IMG/VR virus record: IMGVR_UViG_3300042503_000209
Span: 1-64,000 of that record
Length of the DNA: 64,000 bases
Strand: one strand, 5' to 3'
From: a virus
The notes beneath the pieces were generated by a model. That model was not told where the DNA came from. It saw only the letters and a list, made by a program, of their open reading frames with translations, and made no database searches. A program made the translations under genes and the position numbers. Of this stretch, positions 25,627 to 36,157 are shown in pieces (within the stretch, counting starts at the first letter, position 1; every line of letters begins with the position of its first letter).

Positions 25627-26158
25627 TAGCAAGATTATACCGGGAACAATTATTAATGAGGAGGCAGAACTTTTACTCTGTCAGAAAATGAAGTTAATAG
25701 ACATGAGTCGTGAACTTACACCACTAGGTTTACAAGCACTTGATGAATTTAAAACGTTTCAAACAAAGACTAAAACTAAAGTAACCACTGAAGTTTTAGG
25801 TAAAGACTTCTTAGATAAAGTCAAAGAGTACTTAAACATATTTCCAGACTCTACAACTCTTCCAGGGGGAAGAATACCTACGTCTAGAGAACTTGCTAAA
25901 CAAGGTGTAGATGAAATTAAAGGTAAGTTTGTATGGTTTAGAAAAGCTTATCCTGAGTATAGCTGGGATGTTATACTAGATGCTACAGAATACTATGTCT
26001 ATTTAAAAAGTTTAGATGGGTATAACTACATGGTTACTAGTAGTTATTTCATTAAGAAACATGACCCACGTACAAAAGAGATAGCGTCTAAGCTAGCAGA
26101 TCACTGTCAGTTGATTACAGAAAACCCAAATATTCTTAGAGATTTACAAGATAGTTAG
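25550..26158 (+). CDS. hypothetical replication-region protein
   Basis: 202-aa ORF between the DnaA_C protein and the helicase; YMVTSSYFIKK motif. Confidence 0.7.
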   Translation: MSLQLWTTCRKYNMSPNQMFLLDCYSSKIIPGTIINEEAELLLCQKMKLIDMSRELTPLGLQALDEFKTFQTKTKTKVTTEVLGKDFLDKVKEYLNIFPDSTTLPGGRIPTSRELAKQGVDEIKGKFVWFRKAYPEYSWDVILDATEYYVYLKSLDGYNYMVTSSYFIKKHDPRTKEIASKLADHCQLITENPNILRDLQDS

Positions 26159-26208
26159 GTTTTTCTTAGAAAAAGTATTATATTTACAGTACAAAACACA
26201 TAAATACA

Positions 26209-26439
26209 ATGAATACACAAAGAATCCTCACCTCAGAAGAAGAGGCACAAATCTCTGACCTCTTTCAAAAAGTTACAGTATCTATTCCTGGAGTAAGCTC
26301 AGACATTAGAGCTATCAATCTTGATAGTTTTAAACTAGGTGTAACTAAAATGATGGAAATAGCTGACTTAAAAGGTAAACTTGAAGCATTAGAAGTTTCA
26401 ATTGAAACTATTAGATCAACTAGAACATCAACAATATGA
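26209..26439 (+). CDS. hypothetical protein
   Basis: 76 aa, ATGA overlap with the helicase. Confidence 0.7.
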   Translation: MNTQRILTSEEEAQISDLFQKVTVSIPGVSSDIRAINLDSFKLGVTKMMEIADLKGKLEALEVSIETIRSTRTSTI

Positions 26440-27509
26440 GTACTAGACCAGATGAAAGAGCCTATGGTGCTAGAAACTATTCAGAAATTTTAGCAGAAGG
26501 TCTAGGTTATATCAACGACAGACGACATGGTAGGATTAAATCCTTTAAAACACCATGGTTAGGTTTTAATAGAGCCGGTATTAACGGTCTAGAATGGGGT
26601 TCATTACTTACTATTGGTGCAAGACCCGGTAGTGGTAAGACTATGATTTCTAGTCAGATATTACGTGAAGCTCGTACACAGAATCCAGATCAAGATTTTA
26701 ACGTATTAGAATTCCAGTTTGAGATGGGTGCTAAACAATCAGCATCTAGAGCATTTGCTGCAGAAGTAGCATTGGATTATAATATTGTATTAAGTACTGA
26801 TCGACAATTAGATGACTACGTATACGGATTAATGCAGAACCATCTTGCTGAAGTTAAAGCAATGGAAGAAGTAGGTATACGCAGAATACAGATTAACAAA
26901 CCTCTTACAAACAAAGAGATAGTTGATGCTGTACACTTGTATTACAATAAACTTGGAGGTAAACCAATGATCATCACAATAGATCACAGTTGGCTTATCA
27001 AAAAAGGTACAGACGAAAAGGAAAAGATTGCAACTCTCTACAACACTGTAGAAGCTTTGATGCAACTTAAAAATGAACTTCCAGTTATTATTATAATGCT
27101 TACACAGCTTAATAGAACTATTGACGATGCTTCTAGAAAGAATCCAGGTTCTATAGCTAACTTTCCTACATCATCAGATATATTTGGTGGTGATGCTCTT
27201 ATGCAAGGATCAGATATGGTTGCAGTTTTGAATAGACCTTATAAGTCAGATATCAAAATCTACGGACCAAAGTCATATGAATGTAAGTCTGAAGATGTAT
27301 TTATGCATCTACTAAAAAACAGAAATAATTCAGATGATAACAATCTAATCTATCTTAAGATGGACGGTGTAAGACAACGTATGATAGAAGTAGGAGAACC
27401 ACCATCAAGAACTGCTTCTGGTGCACCCGGTACAGGAAAACCAAAAGGTAGAACTATTGGTCAATTTACAACAGGAAATATCTCTGCTGACATTGGAGAC
27501 GAGTTATAA
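26436..27509 (+). CDS. DnaB-like replicative helicase (SF4)
   Basis: GARPGSGKT, FQFEM, IDH, LTQLNR and LLKNRN. Confidence 0.9.
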   Translation: MSTRPDERAYGARNYSEILAEGLGYINDRRHGRIKSFKTPWLGFNRAGINGLEWGSLLTIGARPGSGKTMISSQILREARTQNPDQDFNVLEFQFEMGAKQSASRAFAAEVALDYNIVLSTDRQLDDYVYGLMQNHLAEVKAMEEVGIRRIQINKPLTNKEIVDAVHLYYNKLGGKPMIITIDHSWLIKKGTDEKEKIATLYNTVEALMQLKNELPVIIIMLTQLNRTIDDASRKNPGSIANFPTSSDIFGGDALMQGSDMVAVLNRPYKSDIKIYGPKSYECKSEDVFMHLLKNRNNSDDNNLIYLKMDGVRQRMIEVGEPPSRTASGAPGTGKPKGRTIGQFTTGNISADIGDEL

Positions 27510-27541
27510 CAATAATACATTCACAATTAAAACAAAAGCAC

Positions 27542-28108
27542 ATGTCACAGTTTATGTCTGATGATGAGCACAAAGAATGGAAAAAAGCTAAGCTTGAAGC
27601 CATACGTGACTATCATCAAAGTCTGATTGACGATCTTGGAATTTCAAGAACAGACTTTAATATGAAGATGCCTTTCTATAACTCACGTGGTGAGATGGTA
27701 GTAGGTATATTTGCGTCAGAGTTTAAAAAAGAAAAAGGTTTCTTCTTTGAACTAGTTAACAGAGGTTTAGAACCCACTAACACTGCAAGAACAGTTTATA
27801 GAGTTGCACCTAGTACTACATTTCAAGATGAGTATGAACTGAATGAAAAAGGTTCTTATCTTGTATCACTAGATGAACTTAGAACTGTTAATCCGCAATC
27901 AGTTGCTATTAGTAAATCTTCTGCAGTAACAAGCAGTGATAGATTTAACACAAGACAAGCAGCTGCCCCAGAAGTAATGTACAAAGCACCGGCACCTATG
28001 GAAGATGCTCCGTACTCTGATATGACTATTAGAGATTACTACGCTATTCATACAGGTAAACCTGTAAGTGCTAAAACATGGTTAAACGAACTAATAAAAC
28101 AAAAGTAA
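27542..28108 (+). CDS. hypothetical protein
   Basis: 188-aa ORF; MTIRDYYAIH C-terminal motif. Confidence 0.75.
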   Translation: MSQFMSDDEHKEWKKAKLEAIRDYHQSLIDDLGISRTDFNMKMPFYNSRGEMVVGIFASEFKKEKGFFFELVNRGLEPTNTARTVYRVAPSTTFQDEYELNEKGSYLVSLDELRTVNPQSVAISKSSAVTSSDRFNTRQAAAPEVMYKAPAPMEDAPYSDMTIRDYYAIHTGKPVSAKTWLNELIKQK

Positions 28109-28109
28109 T

Positions 28110-28793
28110 ATGGGACAAGGAATCTTAGTCATTGCAGAATCAGGGTCAGGTAAATCTACTAGTATAGAAAAACTAGATCCAAAAGAAACATTTATTATTA
28201 ATATTGCAAACAAACCATTACCTTTCAGAGGCTGGAGAAAAAACTACACAATCTGGTCTAAGGATAATCCAACTGGTAACATGTATGATAAAGCTACCCC
28301 AGCTAACATTGAGGCAGCTTTAAAATATGTCAGTGAAAAACGTCCTGAGATTAAAAACATTGTGATAGATGACTTTCAGTATATGAGCTCATTTGAGTTC
28401 TTTGAAAGAGTAGATGAGAAAGGTTACGAAAAGTTTACACAAATAGGTGCACACCTAGCACGTGTAGCTAGATTACCTAAAGACTTAAGAGAAGATCTTA
28501 TGGTATTTATTCTGACCCATGCTGAAGAATCTACAGACATGGAAGGTAAAAAGAAGTTTAAAGCTAAGACTATTGGTAAAATGGTTGACGAAAAACTTAC
28601 TTTAGAAGGATTATTTTCCATAGTTTTGTTTGGAAAAGTAAAGAAAGACAAAGACGGAAACATCAGATATGTATTTGAAACATCTAACAATGGTGAGAAT
28701 ACATGTAAATCTCCAAGAGGTATGTTTCAGTCTTTTGAAATAGAAAATGATCTGCAACTTGTAAAAGAAGCAATCGTAGCTTACGAAAACTAG
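28110..28793 (+). CDS. AAA_24/Sak4-like P-loop ATPase
   Basis: AESGSGKSTS, IVIDDFQY, KTIGKMVD and KSPRGMF. Confidence 0.85.
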   Translation: MGQGILVIAESGSGKSTSIEKLDPKETFIINIANKPLPFRGWRKNYTIWSKDNPTGNMYDKATPANIEAALKYVSEKRPEIKNIVIDDFQYMSSFEFFERVDEKGYEKFTQIGAHLARVARLPKDLREDLMVFILTHAEESTDMEGKKKFKAKTIGKMVDEKLTLEGLFSIVLFGKVKKDKDGNIRYVFETSNNGENTCKSPRGMFQSFEIENDLQLVKEAIVAYEN

Positions 28794-28829
28794 TATAAAA
28801 TAAACGTTTAATAATTAAATTCAAACAAC

Positions 28830-29441
28830 ATGTTTAGTACAAAAGGACAGGAAGTCAAAGCAACAGGTGGAGTACAAAAATCTCTGCAAGCAGGAGTAGT
28901 TTACGCACACATTTACAGTGCGTCAGTAAGAGAGTCTAAAGGAACTGGTAAGAAATCTCTAGAATTAGTACTAGAGTCACCAGCTATAGATGGTTTTGAA
29001 GGTTGGGCTATCAGTAAAGATGATCAAGAAGGACCAAAGTTTAAAGGTCAATCATCTAGAGTTTCTGCAAGTATCTGGATTGATACATACAATGAGACTA
29101 GTCCGTCTAAAAACGAGATTATGAACAAGCTTAGTGTTATTGCTGTAGAACTAGGTCTTAAGCCTGAGTTAGACAACATCAACGCATCTAGTATTGAAGA
29201 CTGGGTTGCTCAAGTAGCTAATCTATTGAAAGGAAAAGATCTATATTTCTTCTTAAAAGGTACTGAAGAAGAGTATAACGGTAAAACAATTGTAAAATTG
29301 TCTCTACCTAAGTACAAATTTGCTTCATCAGACGAAACTAAGTTAGATAAGTTTGATAAGAACAATCAGTATCATTATAAAGCATTACAAACCAAAGCAG
29401 TATCTAGCTTTGAACCAGCTAATGATGACTTTGAGATGTAA
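28830..29441 (+). CDS. putative single-stranded DNA-binding protein
   Basis: Lies after the ATPase; acidic/aromatic C-tail (ANDDFEM). Confidence 0.45.
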   Translation: MFSTKGQEVKATGGVQKSLQAGVVYAHIYSASVRESKGTGKKSLELVLESPAIDGFEGWAISKDDQEGPKFKGQSSRVSASIWIDTYNETSPSKNEIMNKLSVIAVELGLKPELDNINASSIEDWVAQVANLLKGKDLYFFLKGTEEEYNGKTIVKLSLPKYKFASSDETKLDKFDKNNQYHYKALQTKAVSSFEPANDDFEM

Positions 29442-29457
29442 TTAGGTTGGTGAATAA

Positions 29458-29490
29458 TAAATGGGGGGTGTTCTGCACTCCCCAATTTTA
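29458..29490 (+). terminator. probable terminator
   Basis: tggggggtg-ttctg-cactcccca followed by T-run. Confidence 0.65.
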
Positions 29491-29510
29491 TTACACTTAA
29501 AAATTGTGTT

Positions 29511-30512
29511 ATGTTTAAAACCAAAAACTTGGTACATGACATTAAAGATGTACCAGTAGCATGGATATTTGAACATTTCTGCAAGCTAAAAGAAAAGCTT
29601 AATGGGCATGATGTAAAGATTAAGTCTCTCTTCAATTTGAAAGAGCGTACACCAAGTATGTGTATATATTATGACGCTAAGAAATCTACTTACCGTTATA
29701 AAGACTTCTCATCAGGCAAAGGTGGTTCTGCAATAGATCTAGTAAAAGACATTGAAGAACTTTCCTACCACAAAGCTTGCTCACTAGTTGTAGAAAAGTA
29801 CAATGACTTTGTGCTGCACAACAATGGTGGCTATGATCTGCAAGAGTTCAAGCAAGCTTCTAGATATAAAGTGAACTCTTATATATTTAGATCGTGGAAC
29901 ACTCAAGATCAATACTTCTGGACCCAGTTTAATATTGGTACTAAGCTCCTTGAAGAGTATCATGTAAGACCGTTATCTTCATACACTATGCATAAAGATA
30001 CTGATGATGGTCCCAAAGACTTAACTATCTTTGGTAATTATCTATATGGTTACTTCAAGCAAGACGGTTCACTTTATAAAATTTATCAGCCAAAAACGTT
30101 AGATAAAAAATTTATAAAAGTAGCTGACTATATACAAGGGTCGGAACAGCTAAAAAATTATAAGTGGTTGATCATTACATCTTCTCTAAAAGATCTAATG
30201 GCATTAAGAAGTCTTAAACTACCTATAGATATAATAGCTCCTGATTCAGAAAATACTGTTATACGTAGAGAAGTAATGGAGTCTTACATACACAAATACC
30301 AAAAAGTTATTGTGATGTTTGACTTTGACGAACCAGGTATAAAAGCAATGGAAAAGTATAAAGAACTTTACCCTGAAGTAGAGTATGCTGCTCTACCAAT
30401 GAGTAAAGATCCTGCAGATTCCATTAAAGACTATGGTGCTAAAGAGGTATTCTACCGCATAGTACCTATTTTAAATAAAAGAATTCTTAATGACGAAGAG
30501 AAAAACGACTAG
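29511..30512 (+). CDS. DNA primase (crAss-type DnaG/TOPRIM)
   Basis: ERTPSM..YKDFSSGKGG, ITSSLKD, MFDFDEPG and KDPAD. Confidence 0.85.
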   Translation: MFKTKNLVHDIKDVPVAWIFEHFCKLKEKLNGHDVKIKSLFNLKERTPSMCIYYDAKKSTYRYKDFSSGKGGSAIDLVKDIEELSYHKACSLVVEKYNDFVLHNNGGYDLQEFKQASRYKVNSYIFRSWNTQDQYFWTQFNIGTKLLEEYHVRPLSSYTMHKDTDDGPKDLTIFGNYLYGYFKQDGSLYKIYQPKTLDKKFIKVADYIQGSEQLKNYKWLIITSSLKDLMALRSLKLPIDIIAPDSENTVIRREVMESYIHKYQKVIVMFDFDEPGIKAMEKYKELYPEVEYAALPMSKDPADSIKDYGAKEVFYRIVPILNKRILNDEEKND

Positions 30513-30879
30513 ACGTGCTGTAACACCTAAGACTAGAAATGCAGGTACAATGACTGAATCTGCATTCTGGAGTTTTATTAGAAGTGCATTACGTCAGAAA
30601 TCTAGATGGTGGAAACCTATTACAGAATGTAAGATGAAAGCTCGCAGAGCTTACAAGGGCCCACTAAAAAGACAAAAATTTGAGTACCAGTGTAACAATT
30701 GTAAAAACTGGTTTCCAGAAAAGAAGATTAACGTAGACCATATAGTTGGTGCAGGTAGTCTTAACTGTGCTGCAGATCTTCCAGGATTTGTAGAAAGACT
30801 TTTCTGTGAACAAGATAACTTACAAGTGTTATGCACAGAATGCCATGATAAGAAAACAAAACTAGAAAAAGAAAAGTGA
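30490..30879 (+). CDS. HNH endonuclease
   Basis: CNNC..VDHIV..NLQVLCTECHDKKT. Confidence 0.85.
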   Translation: MTKRKTTRRAVTPKTRNAGTMTESAFWSFIRSALRQKSRWWKPITECKMKARRAYKGPLKRQKFEYQCNNCKNWFPEKKINVDHIVGAGSLNCAADLPGFVERLFCEQDNLQVLCTECHDKKTKLEKEK

Positions 30880-30880
30880 T

Positions 30881-31042
30881 ATGGAAGATCCAATTATTGA
30901 AGCAGTTATAGAGCAAATTAAAGAAGACTTACAGTATGGTGATGTATCAGCCATCTATGAAATGCTGGAATTTCTTCCTAAGAAAAACTTGTTAGCTTAT
31001 CTACCAGAAGAAATATCTGAACAATTAAAAAATCTTAATTAA
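30881..31042 (+). CDS. small hypothetical protein (53 aa)
   Basis: Manual translation MEDPIIEAVIEQIKEDLQYGD... Confidence 0.65.
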   Translation: MEDPIIEAVIEQIKEDLQYGDVSAIYEMLEFLPKKNLLAYLPEEISEQLKNLN

Positions 31043-31043
31043 T

Positions 31044-31211
31044 ATGGATGAAGATAAAAAATGGTGTCCGTCTAGTATTGCTGACTTACAGGATCAGTTA
31101 GATGAGCTTATTAAGTTCATTGAATATGAAGAAGCTATGACAGTAGATCCGACTACACAAAAAAGAATTAGAGCTAAACTTGTAGAACTTGGTGTTTGGA
31201 AAAAAGATTAA
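31044..31211 (+). CDS. small hypothetical protein (55 aa)
   Basis: Manual translation MDEDKKWCPSSIADLQ... Confidence 0.6.
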   Translation: MDEDKKWCPSSIADLQDQLDELIKFIEYEEAMTVDPTTQKRIRAKLVELGVWKKD

Positions 31212-31223
31212 AATAAACTAATT

Positions 31224-32252
31224 ATGAACTTAGAAGAAATGATGCAGGATACTGCAGAAGTATTGGAAAAAAGCTTTTATGATAAAAAGTTTTACTTTAG
31301 CTACAGCAGCTTAAATAAACTTATGTGGAACCCAGCTGTGTTTTATCAGTTGTATGTTCTAGGTATGAAAGAAGAGCGTACTGATGCTCACTTAGTACAA
31401 GGTAAAATTGTACACGCATTATTATTAGAAGAAGATAAATTCAACGACCAGTTTATTATCAGCCCAGGTAAATTACCTGGTGACTCTGTTAAAACTGTGA
31501 TAGATAGAGTATTTAATCATTATACAGAAGTATCAGCAAATGGTGACTTAAGAACTAAACTAGAAGATTTTGATCAAGCTGTACTAGATGTAATGAAAGA
31601 TATGAACTATCATCAATCTTTAAAGACAGATCAGCAAAGATTAGATAAAATTATATCTACAGAAACTGTTAACTATTGGGAGTTTCTAAAGACAAAAGGT
31701 AATAAAATGCTTATTGATCAAGAAACTTATGATTTCTGTAAAAATGCTGTAGACCTTATTAAAACTGATAAGAATCTTTGTGATCTCATTGGCTGTAATC
31801 TAACAGATTTTGACAATAAAGAAGTGTATAATGAGCTTCCTTTATCAGTAGAATATGGTGACCAACCATTTGGACTTAAAGGAATTATTGACAATCTTGT
31901 GGTAGATCATGATAAAAAGACTATTTTTGTTAATGACATTAAAACCACAAGTAAAGATCTAAAAGACTTTAAAGAAACTATAGAGTTTTATTCTTATTGG
32001 TTACAAGCTGTAATGTATTGCACTTTAACCAGTATAAAATTCAGAGACTTACTAGAATCTGGATACACACTTAAGTTTCACTTTGTAGTTATAGATAGAT
32101 CGTTTCAAACATATTCTTTCTATGTAAGTGAACCAACTTTAAATAGCTGGTTAGATAGAATGAATAAAGTATTAGAAGCAGCTAAGTGGCATTACGTTAA
32201 TAAAAACTATACTTTACCTTACGAATTTGCAACAGGAAGTGTAGTTCTTTAA
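31224..32252 (+). CDS. PD-(D/E)XK exonuclease (RecE/Cas4-like)
   Basis: SYSSLN, GKIVHALLLE, KGIIDNL..DIKTT and YWLQAVMY. Confidence 0.85.
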   Translation: MNLEEMMQDTAEVLEKSFYDKKFYFSYSSLNKLMWNPAVFYQLYVLGMKEERTDAHLVQGKIVHALLLEEDKFNDQFIISPGKLPGDSVKTVIDRVFNHYTEVSANGDLRTKLEDFDQAVLDVMKDMNYHQSLKTDQQRLDKIISTETVNYWEFLKTKGNKMLIDQETYDFCKNAVDLIKTDKNLCDLIGCNLTDFDNKEVYNELPLSVEYGDQPFGLKGIIDNLVVDHDKKTIFVNDIKTTSKDLKDFKETIEFYSYWLQAVMYCTLTSIKFRDLLESGYTLKFHFVVIDRSFQTYSFYVSEPTLNSWLDRMNKVLEAAKWHYVNKNYTLPYEFATGSVVL

Positions 32253-32261
32253 AGATTCATC

Positions 32262-32819
32262 ATGATAGAGAGCTTATATGGTAAATATTTTCAAAAGTCT
32301 AGGTCTTTTTTGTACCCAGCTTTAGGAATTAAAAAAAGCAGTAGCACTCATCCTACAGGTACTTATCTTTCTCTTGAGGGAAAGATAGGTCCTGAAGATA
32401 TGAAGCTCATCTGTAGTTATAACAATTGTGAGACAGATGGTTTTAAAGCATTTGAAAACAAGATGCTGCTCACAAACCCTTTATTTGAACAAGTCATCCA
32501 AGTACAGGATTATAAGCTCTATGTGTTTGATTATCAAACATATAAAGATGACTGGTTCAACTTCTTACTAGGAAAATATTCTAAGCTATCAACTGTTCTA
32601 AAAAGAGCTATTAAAGTTTACTATGGAGAAAACTCTTCTGAGTATAAATACATGGATTCATACCTCTATCCTGAAAAGTACCACGGCTTGTACGCAAAAA
32701 TTTTAGATGTGGATATCAAAACAATAAAGTCAAGCGGTGGTGAGTTATGTGATCCATGTAACATAGATAAAGAAACTTTAAAAATTCCAATAGAACATTT
32801 GGTAGTCTTAGATAAGTAA
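32262..32819 (+). CDS. hypothetical protein
   Basis: 185-aa ORF, FLLGKYSKLS motif. Confidence 0.75.
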   Translation: MIESLYGKYFQKSRSFLYPALGIKKSSSTHPTGTYLSLEGKIGPEDMKLICSYNNCETDGFKAFENKMLLTNPLFEQVIQVQDYKLYVFDYQTYKDDWFNFLLGKYSKLSTVLKRAIKVYYGENSSEYKYMDSYLYPEKYHGLYAKILDVDIKTIKSSGGELCDPCNIDKETLKIPIEHLVVLDK

Positions 32820-32828
32820 GTAAATTTG
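32798..32828 (+). promoter_or_regulatory. Bacteroidota sigma-A promoter (-33/-7)
   Basis: Perfect TTTG (32798-801), 19-nt spacer, TAAATTTG (32821-28). Confidence 0.7.
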
Positions 32829-32848
32829 TATAAATAAAAAACCAAACA

Positions 32849-33265
32849 ATGAATAAATCAATGATGCTAGTTACATCTAGCTGGGGTCCACGGAAGACTT
32901 TTAAACTGATCCCTATTACACCTGAAGCTATTTACAATGAAGGAATCTTTGATCCGGATAGTAAAGTGTTGGCTCTAATTGGTAAAGAAAAGAAACAATC
33001 TTTACACATGTTAGCTAAACTTAACGATCTAGGTGACCCACAAGAACTTAAGATTGGTAAAAGAGCTAACGGTAAATCATACGCAGAAGAACGCAGACAG
33101 CTAGAAAGTTTTTATGAGTATTATGTAGAGCATCCAGAAGAGATTATCAATATCATCAACATGATTGCTATTAACGCAGATTCATTTGATTACAAAGAAC
33201 ATATGGAATCACCGGCTACACCTCCTGCAGGTCTAAAGAACAGTGGTATCATCACAGAAGTATAA
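32849..33265 (+). CDS. hypothetical protein
   Basis: 138-aa ORF with its own promoter and terminator. Confidence 0.8.
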   Translation: MNKSMMLVTSSWGPRKTFKLIPITPEAIYNEGIFDPDSKVLALIGKEKKQSLHMLAKLNDLGDPQELKIGKRANGKSYAEERRQLESFYEYYVEHPEEIINIINMIAINADSFDYKEHMESPATPPAGLKNSGIITEV

Positions 33266-33291
33266 GTTATCATTCCTATTAATAACCAACT

Positions 33292-33318
33292 AAAGGGGAG
33301 AGAAATCTTCCCTTTTTT
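33292..33318 (+). terminator. intrinsic terminator
   Basis: aaaggggaga-gaaa-tcttccctttttt. Confidence 0.75.
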
Positions 33319-33363
33319 CAGCTTCAACAATTACGGGGGGACAGCTTAACTGAACAATCACAT

Positions 33364-35322
33364 ATGGCACAATCTGCAACACCTACTCATTGGGTTATGG
33401 ACTATGAAACAATTGTAAACTGTTTTGTAGCTGTATTCCAACATTACAAAGATGATGATATTAGTGAAGTATTTATCATTACTAAAGACCAAAACGATAC
33501 AGCTAAGTTTGTTAAATTTCTTAATAAGTGTGTATCACTAAAACAGTGGCATATATCTTATAATGGTTTAGCATTTGACGCTCAGATAAGTCAACATGTA
33601 CTTATACATCAAAAGGAATATCTTAAACTAAATGGTGAAGAAGCTGCCAAGAAGCTATATAATTATGCACAATCTGTTATAGGCAGATCTGATAGAGGTG
33701 AGTTTTTAGATTATGCACCATACAAGCTTAAAATAAGGCAGATAGATCTATTTAAAATGAATCACTGGGACAACCGTGCCAAGATGAGTAGTCTTAAATG
33801 GATACAGTATTCTATGGACTGGCAGAATGTAGAAGAGATGCCACATCATCATTATGAGCCTGTAGATACATCTGATCAACTAAGTAGTATTGTTTCTTAT
33901 TGTATTAATGACGTACTAAGTACTAAAGAAATACTCAAACATTCTACAGAACAAATACAGTTAAGACAAACTCTTACAAGAGAATATGGAATTGATCTAT
34001 ATTCTGCATCAGAACCAAGAATATCTAAAGAGTTATTCTTGTATTTCTTAAGTAAGAAGTTAAACTGGGATAAATCTGAGATCAAAACACTCAGAACTCC
34101 ACGTCAGTACATTGTCTTAGCAGACTGTATTCTTCCCTACGTAAAGTTCCAGACCCCAGAGTTCCAAAAAATCTTAGACTATTTTCGTACAAAGGTAATT
34201 ACATCTACTAAAGATGGATTTAAATATACTCTTGAAAATAGAGGTGTTAAAACTGACTACGGTCTAGGTGGTATTCATGGTGCTGCAGATGCAGGAGTTT
34301 ATCAAGCAGAAAATGGATGGACTATAATGACATCAGATGTTACATCTTTCTATCCTAATCTAGCTATCAAGAACAAGTTTCATCCTGAACACTTACCGCA
34401 AAAAGAATTTGGTGATCTATATGAATGGTTCTTTGAAGAGCGTAAAAAAATACCTAAGTCTGATCCTAAAAACTATGTCTACAAGATTATTCTTAATAGC
34501 ACATACGGTTTAACAGGTGATGAAAATAGTTTCCTGTATGATCCACGAATGACTATGCAGATTACTATCAACGGTCAGTTATTACTATCTATGCTCTATG
34601 AGATGTTGTGCTTAGCCATACCAGAAGCTATGCCTCTAATGCAAAACACAGACGGTTTAGAAATGATGATACCAACATCAGCCATTTCTAAATATATGGA
34701 AGTATGTGATAAGTGGCAGGTACTAACTCAACTTAATCTAGAGCATGATGAGTATTCTAAAATGGTTATTGGTGATGTAAATAATTACATAGCAGTAACT
34801 AAAGATGGTAAAACTAAATGCAAAGGTCGTTTTGAGTGGGAAGACTTACAGAAAAAGAAAGTTAGTGTATTCCACAAGAATAAATCTTTCTTAATTATTC
34901 CTAAAGCTATCTATGCATACTTTACAAAAGGTATAGACCCTGAGAAATTTTTAGAAGACAACCAGTCTATCTATGATTACTGTGCAGGTGTAAAAGCTAA
35001 AGGCGGATGGTATTACGAGACTCGAAGATTAGTGCATGAAAATGAAGGATCTTCTGTAGAAAAGATTAGACTACAAAAAATAGTAAGATACTATGTATCT
35101 GAAAAAGGTATAAAGCTAATGAAGTGTCACCCGGATGGACGTGAAGCTCAAGTAGAAGCAGGACCTTGGATGCAAACAGTAGTCAATGACTTAAGAGACA
35201 TTAACAAACCTCTTAGTGAATACGGCATCAACAAACAGTACTATCTGGAAAACATATACAAACAGATAGAACAGATTAACAAAGTAAAAAGAAGAAGTTT
35301 TACTCAACTGTCATTATTTTAA
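33364..35322 (+). CDS. family B DNA polymerase (crAss-type)
   Basis: Exonuclease motifs DYET, YNGLAFD, YCINDV; polymerase motifs SDVTSFYPN, KIILNSTYG, NTDG. Confidence 0.95.
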   Translation: MAQSATPTHWVMDYETIVNCFVAVFQHYKDDDISEVFIITKDQNDTAKFVKFLNKCVSLKQWHISYNGLAFDAQISQHVLIHQKEYLKLNGEEAAKKLYNYAQSVIGRSDRGEFLDYAPYKLKIRQIDLFKMNHWDNRAKMSSLKWIQYSMDWQNVEEMPHHHYEPVDTSDQLSSIVSYCINDVLSTKEILKHSTEQIQLRQTLTREYGIDLYSASEPRISKELFLYFLSKKLNWDKSEIKTLRTPRQYIVLADCILPYVKFQTPEFQKILDYFRTKVITSTKDGFKYTLENRGVKTDYGLGGIHGAADAGVYQAENGWTIMTSDVTSFYPNLAIKNKFHPEHLPQKEFGDLYEWFFEERKKIPKSDPKNYVYKIILNSTYGLTGDENSFLYDPRMTMQITINGQLLLSMLYEMLCLAIPEAMPLMQNTDGLEMMIPTSAISKYMEVCDKWQVLTQLNLEHDEYSKMVIGDVNNYIAVTKDGKTKCKGRFEWEDLQKKKVSVFHKNKSFLIIPKAIYAYFTKGIDPEKFLEDNQSIYDYCAGVKAKGGWYYETRRLVHENEGSSVEKIRLQKIVRYYVSEKGIKLMKCHPDGREAQVEAGPWMQTVVNDLRDINKPLSEYGINKQYYLENIYKQIEQINKVKRRSFTQLSLF

Positions 35323-35333
35323 AAACCAAACTT

Positions 35334-36152
35334 ATGCCAATTAAAACAGAGTTCACAACTGAACAAAGAATTAGACTAGCCTCTTTACCTAACCACGGTA
35401 AAAGCTATGCTGTTATACCTCACAGTTATGTAATTGATGAGACTAAAAAAGAATTAGCTGCTGCAGGATTTACAATTTCTAACGAGCTATACAAGACTAA
35501 TCTAAATGGAGAAGTAGCACAAGGTATCTACCATTTAAATTACGGTAATGACCAAGATATGGGTCTAATGTTTGCATGGTCAAACTCATATAACAAAATG
35601 ATGAGATTTAAATGTGCAGTAGGTGCACAAGTATTTGTATGTATGAACGGTATGGTATCTGGAGACATCGGTAACTACGCCAGAAAACATACAGGCACTG
35701 CATTATCAGATGCTACACAAACTATTCAATATCAGATATCTAAAGCTAAGGAACACTATGATAACTTAGTTGCTGATAAAGAAACATTTAAACAGATCAT
35801 ACTAACCAAAAAAGAACAAGCATCTATTATTGGTCAGCTATATGCAGATCAAGAAATATTAACCTTGTCACAAGTTGGTATAGTTAAGCGTGAACTAGAT
35901 ACTCCTAGTTATTTATATAATGCATCTGCTGACTCAGCATGGAGTTTATATAATCATATTACATACGCACTAAAAGATTCTCATCCTATGAGATATCTTA
36001 GTGATCATCAAAAGGTGCATACATTTTTCTTAACTAATTTGTCTTCACAAACAGCAGTACCTGCTATAGAAGAAGATGTAGTAGAAGAACAAGAAACGTT
36101 ATCTTACTTTGAAGAGGTAGAAAGACCAATATTTGGTGTAACCTTTTTATAA
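35334..36152 (+). CDS. DUF932-family protein
   Basis: NSYNK..GAQVFVCMNGMV..RKHTG and SAWSLYNHIT. Confidence 0.75.
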   Translation: MPIKTEFTTEQRIRLASLPNHGKSYAVIPHSYVIDETKKELAAAGFTISNELYKTNLNGEVAQGIYHLNYGNDQDMGLMFAWSNSYNKMMRFKCAVGAQVFVCMNGMVSGDIGNYARKHTGTALSDATQTIQYQISKAKEHYDNLVADKETFKQIILTKKEQASIIGQLYADQEILTLSQVGIVKRELDTPSYLYNASADSAWSLYNHITYALKDSHPMRYLSDHQKVHTFFLTNLSSQTAVPAIEEDVVEEQETLSYFEEVERPIFGVTFL

Positions 36153-36157
36153 ACTAG

